Shown one piece after another: positions 61,001 to 64,000 of a stretch of DNA of 64,000 nucleotides. The DNA lies in the NCBI GenBank assembly GCA_964057225.1, contig OZ059896.1:17236001-17300000 (forward strand), given 5' to 3'. How positions within the stretch are numbered: the first letter of the stretch is position 1; the number at the start of each line of letters is the position of its first letter. The notes below the pieces were generated by a model. The model was not told where the DNA came from and did not search any database. It worked only from the letters and a program-made list of their open reading frames with translations. Source of the stretch: Auanema rhodensis. Lineage: Eukaryota > Animalia > Nematoda. Both the position numbers and the translations under genes were made by a program.

Positions 61001-62062
61001 GAGTTTAACTTAATTTTTACAGTATTGTGATGACATTGATGATGACGTTGATCAGGTCACTTATTCTGGTTATGTGGAGCCTTTATCGAAACCATATAAA
61101 CTGGGAAAATTTGTAATTTTATGGAGAGTTGTGCGTAAATTAGAAGTTATACAGGTTGACCTCACTGGAATGTAGATAAAAGTTTACATTTTAGACTATT
61201 CCACGCGTTCAAACCAATAATATTGAGACAGAAGCAAGACTTTTGTGGGATGCTGGAGATTTCCTACCGAAGGAACGACTAGTGGTAACCATTTAAATTA
61301 TATATGGAAGTTAATCATTTTTTAGGATATGGAAACTAATGAAACAGAAGTAAAACAGAAAGAAAGGAAAAAGAAAGAAAAGAAAATGTGTCAAAAATAT
61401 GAAAATCAAGATAGAGTATTTTCTTAAGTTATAACCAAATCTTATAAGTCATTTCTAGATATCGAAGATCGATCGTATTACTCATTTAACTGAATGCTTC
61501 AGCATTATCGAAAAAAATATTGATATATTGAATTCTATTAAGAAGGACGCTGGAAGTCTTTATGTCAGTTATATTTCTTGATTTTAGGCAGTTTTTTACC
61601 CGACTCCCCCCTCCCCCCCCCCCCCCAATTTTTCACGTAATTGCATATATTTTATTTAAAATAGTTTAAATTAACGAGATGCTCAAAATCTCAGTATTTA
61701 AATCCACGAATATCTAAAATCGACCTAAGTGGGAAGTGGGGGGGGGGGGGGAGTAATGTAGAAATCTCCGTTTAATATTAAGCAGTACAGGCTACTACAA
61801 TGTGTGAGTTTAACAACAAACTACGAAGGAAAAGCCAGAGAATTGTTATTGGAGCGAAGTTTCTTTTCAGTATTCTTTCTCATGAAAATTGCTCTATTGC
61901 GTTGAAGGTCAGTATACTTTTGCTTTATAGCTATATATTTTTATCAAGATTATGAACGAAGACGACTTTGCATTTTTAAAAGCAACACTCGAAGAGCATT
62001 ATTCTTATTTAGTCAATTTACCTGGTATAGACATTAGTTATCTTTTAAGTGTCTCGTCTTAA
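58035..62062 (+). CDS. Unidentified many-exon protein with repeated beta-rich modules (gene A)
   Basis: Over 20 short GT-AG exons from MSKYAIVLDKCDQNRK to ...LPGIDISYLLSVSS*. Recurrent segments IVFSKDFGSI, LRTNQLGNI and LHNNTFGNVI; helical C-terminus. Confidence 0.75.
61582..61775. mobile_element. Degenerate MITE-like insertion with poly-C/poly-G terminal inverted repeats, inside an intron of gene A
   Basis: ACTC plus C-tract at 61603-61626 mirrored by G14 plus AGT at 61738-61754, with partial outward complementarity. Host intron (61564-61790) is 227 nt against the usual 45-55 nt. Confidence 0.5.
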
Positions 62063-62175
62063 TTTTTTATGAATCGTTTTTGTTTATTGATTGTTGTTTT
62101 GTTTTCGTAGGAAGCTTTTTAAAATTTTGAAGATGATATTTAAGGAATTACGTTTATTTTGAATAGTGTTTTTGT

Positions 62176-63897
62176 ATGACTGAATTGCAACGTTTTGAGA
62201 AAAAGTACTTTATAGTTAAGAATTGAACACTTTAACCAAAATAATAATAACATTGAAGAATGGGATATCCCAATGGTTACCTGCATTTGTGCATGCTACA
62301 ATTCCCTTAATGTCATTCCTGATAGTATTAAAAGAAAACGTTGGAGTTGTTGATAAAGAATTTAAACTTCCTAGCGGAATATTTATTTATGTGCAATTGA
62401 AGTGGGGCTACCAAGTTATGATATAATATTTAAAAAATGATTTCAGGCGTAATAGTATAACTAGCATGAGACATAATAGTAATTACCATGTTGTTGCTTG
62501 GAAACACATGGAAAATACTGAATGTTTAAACGTCCGCACTGCTAATGGGAACCATTTGGTAAATATATTTGATTAATCTAAAAAGAAATACATTTAACTT
62601 ATGGATCAAAACAGAAGTTCAGTTTCTACGTAATGGTCCCAAAGGAGTTGCCATTTTTGAATCCAAGGAATTAGGTTTAATTTAATTTTTAAAATTTTCT
62701 ATTAATATTTTTTAGGGGATGTTTACGATATATATAAAGTTGCTACTGGTGAAAGATTCGGTAAATATACCTGCTGGGTATATCCAGGTCGATCAGAAAG
62801 ACTTGGACTCAGAAATGTTTTCGTTTTGAGTGAGGTGCTCCCAAGAATTACAGAATCAATTACTATATATTATCAACCATTCAATATTTTTTAGATAGAA
62901 AGTGATAGACACTATCAAGGTATTGTGTATGGTGCTCCTGTTAGAGGACGATCACCTGTATATTGTCGTGATTTTAAGTCAGAAAATCTTATTATAATTG
63001 GCAGGTATTGTTTGATTATTATATAATAAAATAACATGCAAATGTTTTACAAACTTTTAGACAAAGCATGATAGGCAGTGTAATTAAATTTCAAAAAACT
63101 AAGAAACGCGATGGTTGCACAGTAATTCACGATTATATGCGTGAAAAAGCCATTTATGATTTCCGCGTAACTCAGAACGAAGCTGAGGTCTTTGAGCTTA
63201 CTGTTTACAGAATTTATAAACTCTTTTTTTGGCTTTCAGTTCTGTATTTCCGTCAAACATTCAGGGCCAAATCTCTTTTATCACGAACTCTTTGAAATAG
63301 CTCCAAGCAACATGAATTTTCAAAAGTATAAGTATGTTTATTTCTTCATATTGGTACCAAAGCTTACTTTTTTTGTAGCTTAGAACATGTTTGGATCAGA
63401 AGAGACTTTTCTTCAAGACAATGGATTTTTTCTGAAGTTCAAGGCTTATCCAAGTTTGATATGCAAACGTATCTTCGTACAGAAAGGGACAAGGTATTGC
63501 TTAGTTATCTTAATGCTATACATATATATGTATGCTCAGACAATATCAAAAAGGTTAGAAGAAGATTCTTCTACAGATGATGGCAAATTTAGTGATGAAG
63601 ACGAAGAACTATCGGTAGTTAGTTGTATATACAATTGTTCACAATATTCATATGAGGTTTAAGGTTGCACTTCATCAGGAGCCTTCAGAAATACCTGGAA
63701 GAGAAACACCAACCATCGAAAATGCCGTTCAAGAATCAAAGAAGGTATTACACACACACACGCTTAAGTTTTTTAAAAAACGTATTTTACAGAGAACTTT
63801 TCACGAGCTACTGTTAGAAATCGCCGCGAATGAAGAAGTTATGAAAATTGTACAGCAAAGAAGTGCAGAAGCTGCTAAAATGCTAAGAGCAATGTAA
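62176..63897 (+). CDS. Unidentified protein with beta-rich modules resembling gene A (gene B); start uncertain
   Basis: Exons encode WLPAFVHATIPLMSFLIV, AIFESKELGDVYDIY, YQGIVYG, LFYHELFEI, an acidic linker, and C-terminal FHELLLEIAANEEVMKIVQQRSAEAAKMLRAM*. Confidence 0.7.
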
Positions 63898-64000
63898 ATA
63901 CGAAAAAAAAAACATTTGAAAGAAGAATCTATAATGTATAAATTTTTTTTTAATTTATGGTATTAATTCAATGGTATTTGCTGATTCGTATTTTTGAATA

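Noticed and set aside
62559-62622. Apparent GT-GG intron in gene B (acceptor ttatgg giving HL-IKTEVQF)
   Set aside because: A canonical in-frame acceptor (gttcag at 62622) exists 18 nt downstream, so a non-canonical site is not required.

Overview
AT-rich eukaryotic genomic DNA with many tiny (about 42-55 nt) spliceosomal introns, TTTCAG-type acceptors and abundant (GA)n microsatellites. It reads as a rhabditid (clade V) nematode; the species cannot be determined from the sequence. Exons were assembled by hand, so boundaries are approximate unless stated. Gene order: a tight minus-strand cluster (mcu-1 cut by the window edge, a poorly resolved membrane-protein-like locus, an EDEM mannosidase-like gene, an ADP/ATP carrier); pgp-1 (+); mec-3 (+); a ZCCHC24-type zinc-finger gene (-) followed by about 20 kb of non-coding, microsatellite-rich DNA; a globin-like gene with a myristoylation-type N-terminus (-); a DxD-motif glycosyltransferase-like gene (-); a divergent sex-peptide-receptor-related GPCR (-); orphan exon-like fragments; a tyrosinase with four ShK domains (-); and two tandem unidentified beta-rich repeat proteins (+). 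The most striking observations are a 102-bp perfect identity between the two ATP-binding domains of pgp-1 (probable intragenic gene conversion), the unidentified tandem gene pair, the glycosyltransferase-like gene, several GC-AG and GAG splice sites, a poly-C/poly-G inverted-repeat insertion, and paired AP-2-type palindromes plus an E-box cluster in the gene desert. No rRNA, tRNA, CRISPR array or autonomous transposon was recognised.
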